Positions 27,855 to 40,747 of a DNA stretch of 64,000 nt are shown here, piece by piece. The number at the start of each line of letters is the position of its first letter. The first letter of the stretch is position 1. The notes under the pieces are model-generated. The model saw nothing but the letters and a program-made list of their open reading frames with translations. It searched no databases and was not told the DNA's origin. The stretch comes from Octopus sinensis (taxonomy: Eukaryota): assembly GCF_006345805.1 (NCBI RefSeq), contig NC_043018.1, positions 17,608,001 to 17,672,000 on the forward strand, read 5' to 3'. The position numbers and the translations under genes are program-made.

Positions 27855-28262
27855 GGCGGCGAACTGCCAGAAACGTTAGCACGCCGGGCTAAATGCGTAG
27901 CCGCATTTCATCTGCCGTTACGTCGTGAGTTCAAATTCCGCTGAGGTCGACTTTGCCTTTCATCCTTTCGGGGTCGATATATCCTTACGCACTCGGGTCG
28001 ATATAATCGACTTAATCCATTTTCTGTCCTTGTTTGTCCTATCTGTGTTTAACCCCTTGTGGGTAGTAAAGAAACAGGTACTGTGTCAGTCGATACGTTC
28101 TGAGTTCAAATTCTGCCAAGGTCTACTTTGCCTTTCATCCTTTCGGGGTCGATAAACTAACTACCAGTTTCGGACTGGGGTCGATGTAATTGACTTAATC
28201 CGTTTGTCTGTCCTTGTTCATCCCCTCTAGGTTTAGCCTTCTGTGGGCAATAAAGAAAAAGA
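27855..28262 (+). mobile_element. Tandem SINE family C (full unit plus headless unit)
   Basis: Unit 1 27855-28076; unit 2 restarts at ggtac (28077), equivalent to the internal ggtat site. Confidence 0.85.
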
Positions 28263-28378
28263 ACATACACTTGTTTGCTCCAGCTCAGTCTTGCTTGTTG
28301 GCTAGCAGATGCTGGTTGACGACTGCTTCCTCCCTAGTGCACAACGAGACACGTTTCGGACGTGGTACATTCATCATA
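28263..28378. repeat. Unclassified ~115-nt dispersed repeat, also at 63501-63618
   Basis: About 6 mismatches over ~110 nt between the two copies; both directly follow tandem SINE C. Confidence 0.85.
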
Positions 28379-28745
28379 GTGATGCGAAAGTGCGATGATT
28401 TTGTCGGGGTCAACGAAGACGAACTGTCAAATAGTTTGGAGATCTGTCAAGCAGGGGACTACAATAGATAATTTGCAAAAGTACTTGGCTTGACTGTGAT
28501 ACTGAAGGGTGCACCCAGATCGAGATAAACTCTTCAGGCATGGAAGTGTATTCGAACGGGCTCCCCCGAAAGGTGCGCAAAGTGGCGTCACACATGTGTC
28601 TATGTATTGTAATCATACGATTCAAGTGTATGCCTTTACACAGTTTTAAGTACACTGAATAGAATGTTATGTATGTATATTTAAAGATGCGTATGAGGGT
28701 GTGTATACAGAAGTATATTTATGTGCCACTGTATATTGCACATTG

Positions 28746-28778
<33 letters not shown>

Positions 28779-29085
28779 ATATATATATATATATATAATA
28801 TATATATATATATTATATATATACACACGAAGCTTTAGCTTTATCACAAGTTATTGTTTTTGTTCTTTTATTTTTCATACTAAAACAAGAATTAAAATTG
28901 TCCAATTCCAAGAACACGACATGCAAACTAATGACTTGATTAAACGCGAGAACAGTTCTCAACATTCTTATGCACAAGGACAATCAAACTTAGATAATAT
29001 TATGTACGTATACATGTGCGTGTGTTTGTGTAAGCTTCTGTGCGTGTATATATATATATAAGCATATGTACACATGTATGCATTC

Positions 29086-29386
<301 letters not shown>

Positions 29387-31628
29387 GTGTGAGGCCTTTC
29401 AGCAGCATTTTGCCCGACTGTTCGGAACGAGTGGAGGGCAAGAACGTAGGGTGGACTTCAGTGCCTACCTACATAGCCTACCACGACTCTCGACAAGAAA
29501 GGCGGGTGCTGCGAAGGTGCCATCACGGCGACGGAAGTGCGGGAAGCGATGGCAGAATGCTCGAGGGACAAATCACCGGGTTTGGATGGTCTACCCTACG
29601 AGCTTTACAATTGTATGCCAGACTTGTTTGGAGATCTCTTGGCGGCGGTGTACTGCAACTGGCAGCAAAACGGGAGCATTCCTGGTTTTGTGAGCCGAGG
29701 AGCCGTAACACTGCTGAAGAAAGATCTAAACAAGGGAATGTAATAGATAACTTTAGGCCATCACTCTGCTTAATGCAGACTTGAAAATTTTGGCCAGGGT
29801 GCTAGCCAAGAGGTTGGCGCTTGTCATCGAGAAACTGGTCGACAAGGCGCAAACGTGCGCCGTGCCAGGCCGGACCATCCATGAAACCTCCATCTGATGC
29901 GCTACATCATAGACAGGGTAGTTAACGAACCTGGCATGGTGGGGCCCTGATCAACTTGGATCAATCGAAAGCCTTGATAGGGTAGACCATCGATACTTGG
30001 AGGCAGTCCTGAGAGCGGATGGTTTCGGTCCCGTCTTCCGCGGCTGGATAGCTGCCTTGTACAGAGGCATCCGTTCGGTAATTCGCGTAATGGACATCTA
30101 TCGAGACCTTTCGACATTGCACGTTCGGTCCGTCAGGGATGCCCCCTCTCGGCGCTTCTATACGTATTGACTCTTGAGCCACTACTGCGGAAGCTGGCGA
30201 CTCTAAGGGGCATCCCGCGAGAATTGGGATGCGGGACGAGCGTGTCTGCATACGCGGACGACGTCACCGTCATAGTGTCTAGCCACGAGCACATCGAGCT
30301 GGTCGGCGAGACACTGAAAAACTACGAGCGGTGACAGGAGCGAAAATCAACCGGGAAAAGTCAGTGGGCTTGCGACTAGGCACCTGGAGAAGCAAGCCCA
30401 TGCCGTCCACCAGCGCCTCCGTCGTGGGACGCTGGACCGACGGCCCGGTTGAGTTGCTCGGGGTCTGGTTCGGTCCGGACCTCCAAGTGGAGAAGAACTG
30501 GAACGAGATAACGAGTAGGGTGGTCACTCTCGCCGGCAATGGGCCGAGAGGAACTGTCCCTAAAAGGGTCGAGCGGAGGTGACGAACACGTACATCGCGT
30601 CCGTCATCTACTACCGCCTGACCGTCGTACCTTGTCCCGACCCTACCATCACAAACTACAACGCATCCTCTTTCGCTTCTTGTGGAAAGGATGCGTCCGA
30701 TGGTCAGGCGATCCATTTGCTGTCAACACCCGTTAAAAGGAGGGCTGGGCATGCCGTGGTTGATGATGCGCAGACACGCGCTGAGACTGCGACATCTCTG
30801 GCTCTATGTAGACGACGGTGAACAGGTGTGGTCGCCGTTTGTGAGGCACGCTTTCCCGCAGCTCGTCTCCATGACCGAACTGCAGTCGTGGATCAAAAAG
30901 AGGCCGAGGAAGGGCGAATGGCACCGCGAGTGTCGCGTTGCTCTCAAGCAACTCTGCCGTGCCTTGGTCGACCTTACGTGACTTCACCACAACCAAAGCA
31001 TTCTATAGGGGTTTAGTGGAGGGGAGGTACGACGACGAGCCGGGGCGAAACCTGGACGTCGACGAGGAGTACCTGACCCGCCTGTTCGGGACGACTTTCG
31101 GCCAGGGCCCATGGACAACTTCCAGAGATCCCTGGCCTGGCAGTGCTACCGAGAAGCGCTACCCGTTCGGGATAAGCTCTACAGACACGGCTCGAGAAAC
31201 ACGGGGCCGACCTGCCGAGATGCGGTCAGAGCGACGAAACCGTTCTGCACGTACTCGTTCAGTGTCCAACAATTTCCGACCTGTGGGCTTATGTCGAACA
31301 ACTGCTGTCACGTGTGGGACGAGTCGGTTTATCAGCTGAGTCTATCGTCATATTGTCACGCCTCCTTCCTTCAAACGGGAAGGAAGAGCTATTTTCATCA
31401 TCCCTGTGGCTATGGCGAAAGAAGTATTGGTGGACGCGTCTGAAAGGATTGGAGACAAACACTTTCCTCTCTGGTCAATCTCTCATCAACTTCTTCAAGT
31501 ACCACTTGAAAAGGAAAGTGAGAGTAGAGAGGCAAGTTTTGTCTAGCGAATGTTTTAAAAAAAGATGGGTGAATGTAGCAAGAATGGCACGTATGAATGA
31601 CGAAGCCACCTTGAGCATAGTCCTATGA
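29387..31628 (+). pseudogene. Reverse transcriptase (ORF2) of the Tx1-type LINE, frameshifted in this sequence
   Basis: Contiguous RT-thumb-zinc knuckle protein recoverable across multiple 1-nt frameshifts; stop at 31628. Confidence 0.88.
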
Positions 31629-32011
31629 ACCCAGAATCGAAAACAGAGAGTTGCTTATTTGCAAAAAAGAAATATAAAATGTGACTTCATTGACCGAGGT
31701 TACGTGGTCTTTTCCGTAGGCTTTTCTTTCCACGGGTAAACCTCACCTGTCCTCCCCTTTACACTTCATATTGACATTTCTGTGATAACGATCCCTATTG
31801 ATCAATTTTTTTTTCCTCTCCCCTTTATTTTTTTAATTTTTTTTTTAACCCCCCCCCCCCTTTTAATTTGTCCTCTTTCTCTCTTTTACGATCCCTTTTG
31901 ATCGAAACTCCCCCTCCTTTTTTTTTTTTTTTTTTTAAACCTTCAAAAGAAAAGCTCTACCTTGTAATTTGTTCTATCTGTGTGCAGCCCTGTGTGGCTA
32001 ATAAAGAAACA
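29387..32011 (+). mobile_element. L1/Tx1-type non-LTR retrotransposon, 5'-truncated within ORF2
   Basis: GC-rich block with RT motifs KSPGLDGLPYELY, NFRPITLLNADLKILARVLAKRL, LDQSKAFDRVDH, VRQGCPLS, YADD (30251-30262), GAKINREKS; C-terminal CPRC...HVLVQCP knuckle; pyrimidine-rich 3'UTR ending aataaagaaac. No endonuclease domain or ORF1. Confidence 0.93.
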
Positions 32012-32700
<689 letters not shown>

Positions 32701-33307
32701 GATTGTGTGAGTGTCTGTGTGTGTATATATTCAGTGAGGTTTTGTACACGTTCCTCAAAGTGCCTATGTACATGATCCCTTGCTTCAGGTTTACTTTATC
32801 GATTTGCTAAACAACGTACGCCCCTCTTCGCTTTATGCGCGTGGACATTCCCCCCCCCCACTGAAAATTTTATAGCAGTATTTTATATCCGGGCTTTTAT
32901 ATGTTTATTTTTCTTCCCGTTTTACAAAGTTTATATGTTATTTTTTTAAATGTGGATATGTTGTTTTTTTGTCTTACTATTGTTTTCCTAGAAACTACAA
33001 TATTTTATTATTGAAGTATTTCTTAAGGAACTGAAAAAAAAATTTCCACGTAGCTCGTGAAGGAAAACATAAATATATATATACACATTTATGTAATATA
33101 CATACATTTAGTGAGGAGCATATTATTATATGTTTTTCATATGTATCTTTCGTAACCAGGTTGATAATAAACTGCTGCGACGTGGTTAATCACAGAGATT
33201 CATGTTAAATATAGAGACACCGCAGTTGTTCCTCTCGAGGGATTTGATAATATTTTGAATTTAGTAAATTCAATAAATAAGCGTTTGCAAAGACGGTATA
33301 GTGCTGT

Positions 33308-33401
<94 letters not shown>

Positions 33402-33474
33402 GTAGATCCCGTTGAGTCGCGGTTAACCACAGTAAATAAGGTACTCAATACATAGCAGAGTAAATTAATTTATT

Positions 33475-33575
33475 TTATAGAAGGAGCTTCTACAGAACTA
33501 GAACTGTTTCATTCAAATTTTTTTTTTTTTTTTTTTAATGAAACAGTTCTAGTCCTGTAGAAGCTCCTTCTATAA
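33475..33575. repeat. 39-bp inverted repeat (1 mismatch) with poly-T spacer
   Basis: Arms 33475-33513 and 33537-33575. Confidence 0.9.
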
Positions 33576-33699
33576 TATATATATATATACAAATGAATAT
33601 TCTATACACGTCTGCATCCGTAGAATATCAACGTATGGCGCACAATCAATTTGTTTTTGTGTATATATAACAGGAATCTTTGCCACCACTTTACTTGTA

Positions 33700-34440
33700 A
33701 CGAAAGAGGCGAAAATTGATTACGTTAACGTTAAAGAAGATGTATCACTGACCATTGATGGGGTTGATACAAATTCTGGCCCTGATGGGTTCCCAGCAAT
33801 CCTCCTCAAATCGTGCAAACGAGCCTTTGCAAATCCACTACAGCTTCTTTTTCATAGCATTTTACAAGTGGCAAGTTCTCAGACATACAAAGTGAAGGAA
33901 TAATATGCCTTATCCACAAATGAGGAAGTAGAGTAGATGCTAAAAATTATTGGTCTATCTCTCTGATCTCACACATAAGCAAAGGCCTGGAGCGAATAAT
34001 CCGCATGGAATTAATCGCGTTCCTTGCTGACTGACACCTATCATGGACTTTGACCAGGTGAAAGCTGACTAACACAGCTCTTACATCATTACAAGGCGTT
34101 AAAGCAGCTGCTAAATGATTCAACCGTGGATGCGATATATTTCTTGCAAAGGCTTTTGATAAAGTCGAAAATAGTATGATATATCACACTCCGCCGAGGT
34201 CGACTTTGCGTTTCATCCTTTCGGGGTCGATAAATTAAGTACCAGTTAATCACTGGGGTCGATATAATCGACTTAATACCTATGTCTGTCCATGTTTGTC
34301 CCCTCTATGTTTAGCCCCTTGTGGGTAATAAAGAAATAAGTATGATATATCACACTCTGCGGGTCTTCCGCGTAGTCGGGAAACTTGGAGAGTGGCTACA
34401 CGACCTTCAAATGATGGTATAGTACAGCAAACGGTGGTGC
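33700..34440 (+). mobile_element. CR1/L2/Jockey-group LINE RT remnant, interrupted by a SINE
   Basis: GPDGFPAILLKSCKRAFANPLQLLF...IICLIHK*GSRVDAKNYWSISLISHISKGLERII...KAFDKV...VGKLGEWL; multiple stops and deletions. Confidence 0.8.
34192..34338 (+). mobile_element. SINE family C, 5'-truncated, 19-bp TSD
   Basis: agtatgatatatcacactc at 34173-34191 and 34339-34357. Confidence 0.93.
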
Positions 34441-34510
34441 CCCAGCATGACCGCAGCATTAAAGCTTAAATAATTTACGGAATTTAAAGATATACACACA
34501 CACGCACACA

Positions 34511-34870
34511 TACGAGAGAGTACCCCAAAACCCCGGAATTTTGCAATATTACTTTATTCACTTAATTTTGCATGTTTATCTCTTTTCGTCTTCAAAGTAT
34601 TCTCCATTCGAAGCAATACATCGGTCCAACCCCTTCTTCCAATAATCGAAGCCTTGCTGGAACTGTTGCGAAGTGATACCTTTTAATGCCTCTGTCGTTT
34701 TTTTTCTTCACCTCTTCCATGTCAGCAAATTCCGTAGCTCCAGCTTTCGTCACCAGTGATGACCCTCTAAGAAAAAAGGTCCGGATCAACTTCAAAGTAT
34801 GCTTTCGGTTCACGAGAGTCATTCAGTCGTGACTGCTTTTGATCTATGAGCAAGCGAGGCACAAATTTTG
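34511..34870 (-). mobile_element. Mariner remnant (3' end with TIR)
   Basis: TA-cgagagagtacccca TIR-like end; minus translation FADMEEVKK...ALKGITSQQFQQGFDYWKKGLDRCIASNGEYFE is the typical mariner C-terminus. Confidence 0.8.
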
Positions 34871-35994
34871 GTGCAAATTTTTTTCATTCGCAACCTGACC
34901 AACATATATATACGTATATACATATATATATATATATGTTTACACACACACACACACACATTCATGTATATATATATATATATATTTGCGACTAAGAATG
35001 CCAATTGGCGGCAATTCAATTTTTGGTTTTATTTCGTGGTTAGAAGCCTTCGTTATTTGATACATATATATATGTGTGTGTGTATGTGTATGTGTGTGTG
35101 TTTATGCATGTATGTATGTATATATATATATATATGTATGTATGTATATATATGTGCGTGTGTGTGTGTGCATGTGTGTGTGTTTATGTATGTATGTATG
35201 TATATATATATATATATATATAAGATAAACAACGGTGCGAGTGTGTGTGTATGTGTGTATCTGTATATATCTGATAAGAATCTCTTATTCTATAACCGTA
35301 TTTCTTTGAGTTGTCTGAATATCCCCAAAAATATGAAGCATTGTAGTTCCAGAGTAATTGTTCACCTTTCACTCTTTCGCTTCACATATTTTATATTTCT
35401 AAACAAAGATCAAACAAAATGATCAAATAATTCTAATATTGGAGTTTTTTTAACAATTATTTGCTTTACAGAATGAGTTCCTAATTTTCTTTCTCACTTC
35501 TATTTCCAGGAGTTGAATGAAATCATGTAGGTGAAACTTTCAACTCGGAAATATTTCATAAAACGTGTTATAAAAAAATAAAAATAAACCGTCTGAATAA
35601 AAAGAAAATAGGTTTAAATATAAATAGATTTACAAACAGAGATTAGAAAAAATATCACTTCTGGAATTGTTTTTGTGTTATATTTTCCTTGAAACCATCT
35701 CATTCACTCACAATGTTAAATTTGGTACATTAGCATAATATGAAAGCTAAAATTACAAATTCCTTTGTCTATCGGAATATTCTGTGAAGAATATATGAAT
35801 AAGGATTTCTTTCCTACAGCCAACACATTAATTGTCTACAGTGAACTCATGAATAAGTGGAACTTCGATGATTAGAATCCGAAATTATAGAACGAACGTT
35901 CATTCTGTGACAAATATAATGGAAAATATATAAATATACATGCAAACAAACAAAAATACCTAAAGAACATTATTTAAAATATCAGCAAGAAGGT

Positions 35995-36072
35995 GGCAGC
36001 AGCGGCAGCAGCGGCAGCAATAGCAACAGCAGCAGCAGTAGTAGTAGCAACAGTAACAGCAGCAACATCATC
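35995..36072. repeat. Degenerate (CAG/TAG/CAA)n trinucleotide array
   Basis: Direct reading. Confidence 0.85.
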
Positions 36073-36914
36073 TGAAAAATTAATTTAAATTATTTTATAC
36101 ATAGCTATAAATTTACCATAAAGCAATAAATATAGCTCGTGGGATTTAAAGTGTAGGAATTAAAATTTTAATTTTTCTTGTACAATTTTTCACCATTAAT
36201 AACAATTTCCAATGAAGAAATAAAAGCAATGTTTACTGAAACAGTTCATTTTGAAAGTAAAACTGACCGACAAACAATCTCAGTTAATCAAAGCGAAACA
36301 ATTGTTACATTAGCGTCGTTCTTAGAGCTTTGCTTTCATTCTTGTGACAGATTCCACTTGACAATTTCGTAAGTTGTAAAAAGAGTTTATGTCATTTGGA
36401 AATTTCATATAGAAACAATTGAAGCGTGAATCCATCAGAGCCGAGAGAAGTGGTAAAGTACGGCAATATTTAATATAAAACATGATTAACTCAAATTACT
36501 GAAGCAGTAAGTGGAAAAGAATTAAACGGTAGACTCGATAAGATGCAAGTATATAATGGTTGATCTTCAGTAGAATGTCTGGAATCAGAGAGGTTTAATA
36601 AAAACATGAATAATTTATATTATTAAGTACATAGATTCTTGTATATTCATATGGCTACAAGTAAATGTGAAAACGCTCATATATAACTATACACATATGC
36701 ATCGCTCTTTTCTTTCATGACAGTCGTAAGGACAGCAACTTTTCCTATCTCTCTCTCATATCTTTTCGCTTGTCAAAGGAAATATTTTTCCAGCGTTCGC
36801 TATTTTTACCCTCTTTCTTGTCTAACTACCCTCCATGTTTCTTTTCATTCGGTTTCCTTACTAGTCTCCACTGCCCTGCTTTTGTTCCCAACTTGTTCCC
36901 GAATTTTATTTTGG

Positions 36915-37830
36915 TACGTATGGGAGGCTCACATTTTTGCGAGCCAGCCCCTGGAGTGCAATAAAATTTGGTTTCTTCCAGTGGATGATTGGGGCGGGTC
37001 AAAAGTTATTTTGACCCTGTGGACCCAATCAGGAAAGGAGTTAGTTTTTCCAGACTTTTTAACAATGGCTGCGAGCAGGTAACCGGAGATCTTTGAGGTT
37101 TCCCCCACCCACAAGAGTCAACGGAGTCTGGAACCTGGGCATACAAAAAAACTGCCCCCTCAGGACCAAATCAAGTTCCTGGGGAAGTTGGTTGAAACGT
37201 CTGTAGAAGAGGGAACATAGGCGGTCGATGAGGCGGAGGTCTCCTCAAAGAAGGGCCGCAAGAGGAAGAAGGTGAGCAACAATGGGTGCTCAAAAAGGAT
37301 CTTAGGGATGAGGGAGCGGAGGCGGATTTCCCGGCCACGGGGGAAACCCACCCTTCCTCAGTTAAGAGAAAAATAGAGGAAAAAAAGAGAAACGGGACAT
37401 TGCGGGCAGAGGGTAGCACAATACTGGAATGTTCCGGAACTTCGTCGGCGGGAAATGTGCCACCGGCAGTGGAAGTGACTACCTCGTCCTCTGAAGAAGA
37501 AGAATTACTTGCCTTCTTCTACAGGGGCGGAGAGGTGGAGAAGGTGTTGGAGAAGCACCATGAGGGAGCAATTATGACCTGCACACGGTATCGCGAATGG
37601 CCTCCGCAGATAGCTGTGGAGGTCATAACGTTGCCCATGTTGCAAAGACTGAAAAAGCTCAATGAAGAATATTGTGGCCGGGCGGTTCCGACACATCACC
37701 TGCTCTCTGCTTGAGTGAGGCGTGGGAAATGGCGGGGTACCTGGTTACAAGCGATACTGAAGAGGACTATGGGTAAGAAGTTGGAAATCCTCGATATTGT
37801 GAACTGATGAGAGGTTTGAAACTTCATTAT
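36915..37830 (+). other. GC-rich coding-like island of unknown origin (possibly retroelement ORF1 debris)
   Basis: Sharp composition shift; 142-aa ORF 37286-37714 plus upstream K/R-rich frame (SSKKGRKRKK) broken by a stop and frameshift; no recognisable domain. Confidence 0.4.
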
Positions 37831-38077
37831 GTTTTTAACTAAGGTACGAGGCGTAATGCCTCATTTTGGTGTTTTAATTATGAACAATTGTAAAAAGTTT
37901 ATTGCCTCATGAATCATAAATAAGAGAACAACGTTTTCGGGAAATAATCGTCGGGTGTTGTCTGTCTCCCCTATTAATCAGCATTTTCAATTTTTATCTC
38001 ATATGACATTACGTCTGTGTCCAGCCCGCAGCTTCCTTCTTTCTCCATGTAAGGCCATTGTGGCCAATTTAATGAAA

Positions 38078-38228
38078 TAAAAAGCTTGCTTCCCTACTAC
38101 ATGATACCGGGTGCAGTTCCACTGCATGGCACCTTGGAATAGTGGATTATACTATAGCCTCGGGTCGACCATTGACTTGTGAGTGGGTTTGGTAGACAGA
38201 AACTGAAAGAAGCCCATTGTATATATAT

Positions 38229-38265
<37 letters not shown>

Positions 38266-38435
38266 TTGTGTGTCTCTATTTGTGTTTGTCTCCCCGCCAT
38301 CACTTGACAACCGATGTTGGTGTGTTTACGTCCACGTAACTTACAAAGAGTAAGTCTTAAGGTCGATTTCTCCGACTAAAGGCGGTGCTCCAGCATGTCT
38401 GCAGTTAAATGACTGGAACAATTTAAAGAAAAATA
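38078..38435 (+). mobile_element. SINE family B with internal (TA)n and internal deletion
   Basis: Matches 45415-45845. Confidence 0.85.
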
Positions 38436-39489
38436 ATAAAAAAGTATACATTTATATATATACAAACACACACACACATATATGTATGCATGTATGTATG
38501 TATCTATTTATTTATGTATGTATACATGCATATTGCTTTTGTAGCAATCGATAATTTATAATGAAAATTATAACATCAGTTTCCAAGAAGTTACATTCGA
38601 ATCAATCAAGAATATATCCGGATTCCTATTTCAATTCTGTACCTGAGTATATTATAAATTTTATAACGTATCTTAACACCATTGATTTATCAGAAAGTAA
38701 ATTTTATTTCATAGGTATTCTCGATGTATTACTCAAATTCTATATTCAATACTTTTAACTATCTCACCGACCTTCATCGACTAGTGAGTTTGCCTAGCAA
38801 CGGGGTGCGTAAATGGCCTGCTAATGGAAAATAAATTCTACACCTAATACTTGATGAAATATAATTTTGTATGTCAAAGAAAGAGAAAAAAATCAATGTT
38901 TTTATCTGATTATATTTTATTTCCTGTTTATATAATGAATGGAAGACTAGAGAAGTGTTGAAGCGACCACCTTTCCAGGAAACCCAGAGCTGGCAACTCC
39001 AACAGAGGTTGCTACGATACTCGGCATTTGCTCTGCTTGATATATATATTAATTCCTTTTTTTTTATTTCCTTCATCTCCTTTATTCCGCTCTTCTTATT
39101 TCAACAATATTTTAACTTATTTAAGAAATATATTTTTTCCTTCTTATTCCATTATTTCCGCACCACAATCACGTTTCCTATTTTCTTTCTCTATTCTGTC
39201 ATCTTGTCTTTCATTTCTTCCATTTCTGCATTTTAAACACGTATTCACTCAGTCGACAGTACATGTATTTACAGGATATATATATTTTTTTAATCTTACA
39301 TTCATCTGATTGCAATATATTTGCCTAGATACCAATTATACCTTCCTGCTTGAAATGAGTTGAAACGTAGCATAATTTCCTTTCTTGTATAACAAGAAAA
39401 GACAGCAACCACGGAACAGAAACGGTCATATCGTAAATCAAAATAAAGTCATATTGTACACCATAGGTTCACAGCTCTCCTTCTCTACT

Positions 39490-40150
39490 CAGTCCTTACC
39501 TATTTCAATTGGCTGTTGTTCAACTTACGAGTAGGGACGTTTATCCCAGCTTCATAAAATTCAGCTAATTGTTGACGTAATCGATTTCTTTCAACAGTCT
39601 TCACTTCATCATCACCAAAATCTTTGCGTCTCAGTTCCTCTTTCATTGCACAAAAGAGATGAAAGTCTGAGGATACTAGGTCAACTGTGTAGGGGAGATT
39701 GCTCAGAGTAAACGCCCAAAAGGTTTTTCCAGTTTGCTCCCTCAAGCTCTTTTATCTTTGGAAACTTCGCATGATGCCATTTTACTGATTGCCTTTTTGG
39801 TTCTGCTTTATAAAAATGAATCTAAATTCCATCACCAGTTACGAGCGTTTGAAGAAGATTTTGTCTCTTCCACCGACAATAAGGAGTTCCGTGTAACACT
39901 TAACATTGTCAGTCCTTGGATCATCTATGCTTTATATCAAACAAGAGGAGATGGAACTCTCAGTGGTGGAGTTCTTCGCCACAAAGAAAAATAACCGGCA
40001 TCAACTTGGGATAAAAATCTGGCAGAAAGTTTACTTCAGACAGGGTCACACGATAGCCTCCAATTTGAATGCGAGGATGCTTCTGTTGTAACTTAACGAA
40101 TACAGAAATTAAGTTAACAAAACATTGCAAATCTTTTGACTCGCCTCTAT
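39490..40150 (-). mobile_element. Mariner remnant, internally deleted
   Basis: Minus: LVTGDGI*IHFYKAEPKRQSVKWHH (first D) and LPYTVDLVSSDFHLFCAMKEELR (YSPDL region); TIR-like cattgcaaatcttttgactcgcctcta at ~40123-40150. Confidence 0.85.
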
Positions 40151-40299
40151 ATATATTATAAATGTGTGTGTGTATATGTGTGTTTGTGCACGCGAGCCTG
40201 TGTGTGTGTGTGTGCGTGTGTGTGTGTATCATCTCCTTTATTCAAGAGAGGTTTCGTGTATTGTTCAATAGACAACAATGGTTGAACGCCACCTGTATA

Positions 40300-40612
40300 T
40301 TCGAAGAGAAAATCTGCTCTATCAATATGACTGGTGCCGGGTATCGATATGCCGTCAACGTTTCGGCTTCTTACTGTTATGTAAACATAGTAAAAACGAA
40401 CATTGTACAGTTAATACGTAACAGGGACAGTTGCACCGGAGACTACGAAGCCATGACCGGTAGAAAGGGCCACAGCAAGCGTTCTTCCGCTACATCTTTT
40501 TCACACGCTTTTACATTTTGTTCAGATGGCTATGTGAAGTTACTGGAGTCTGGGGCCTATCCCAATTGGGAAAGACTTACTCCGGGAAGGCCATACATGT
40601 TGCAGCAGGAAT
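40300..40612 (+). pseudogene. Tc1/mariner transposase fragment
   Basis: FSHAFTFCSDGYVKLLESGAYPNWERLTPGRPYMLQQ corresponds to the NxxxYxxxLExVVxPW...GRPYxxQQD segment. Confidence 0.65.
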
Positions 40613-40705
40613 ATGTTATATGTTTATGTATGTATGTGTGTATATATATATAATTGACAACAGTTGTCATTTGTAGAAAAACTTGTGAAACACGACTGAC
40701 ACTAC

Positions 40706-40747
40706 GTATACCTGAAGATTGTGTAACGCATGAAAGTACTAGTTTAT
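40706..40747 (+). ncRNA. Minimal type I hammerhead ribozyme-like motif
   Basis: Stem I GUAUAC/GUUUAU, core CUGAAGA, stem II UGUG-UAA-CGCA closed by a U.U mismatch, GAAA, palindromic stem III AGUACU, cleavage triplet CUA. Confidence 0.55.

Noticed and set aside
35995-36075. Possible polyQ/polyS/polyA exon
   Set aside because: Isolated triplet repeat with stops on both sides and no linked exon.
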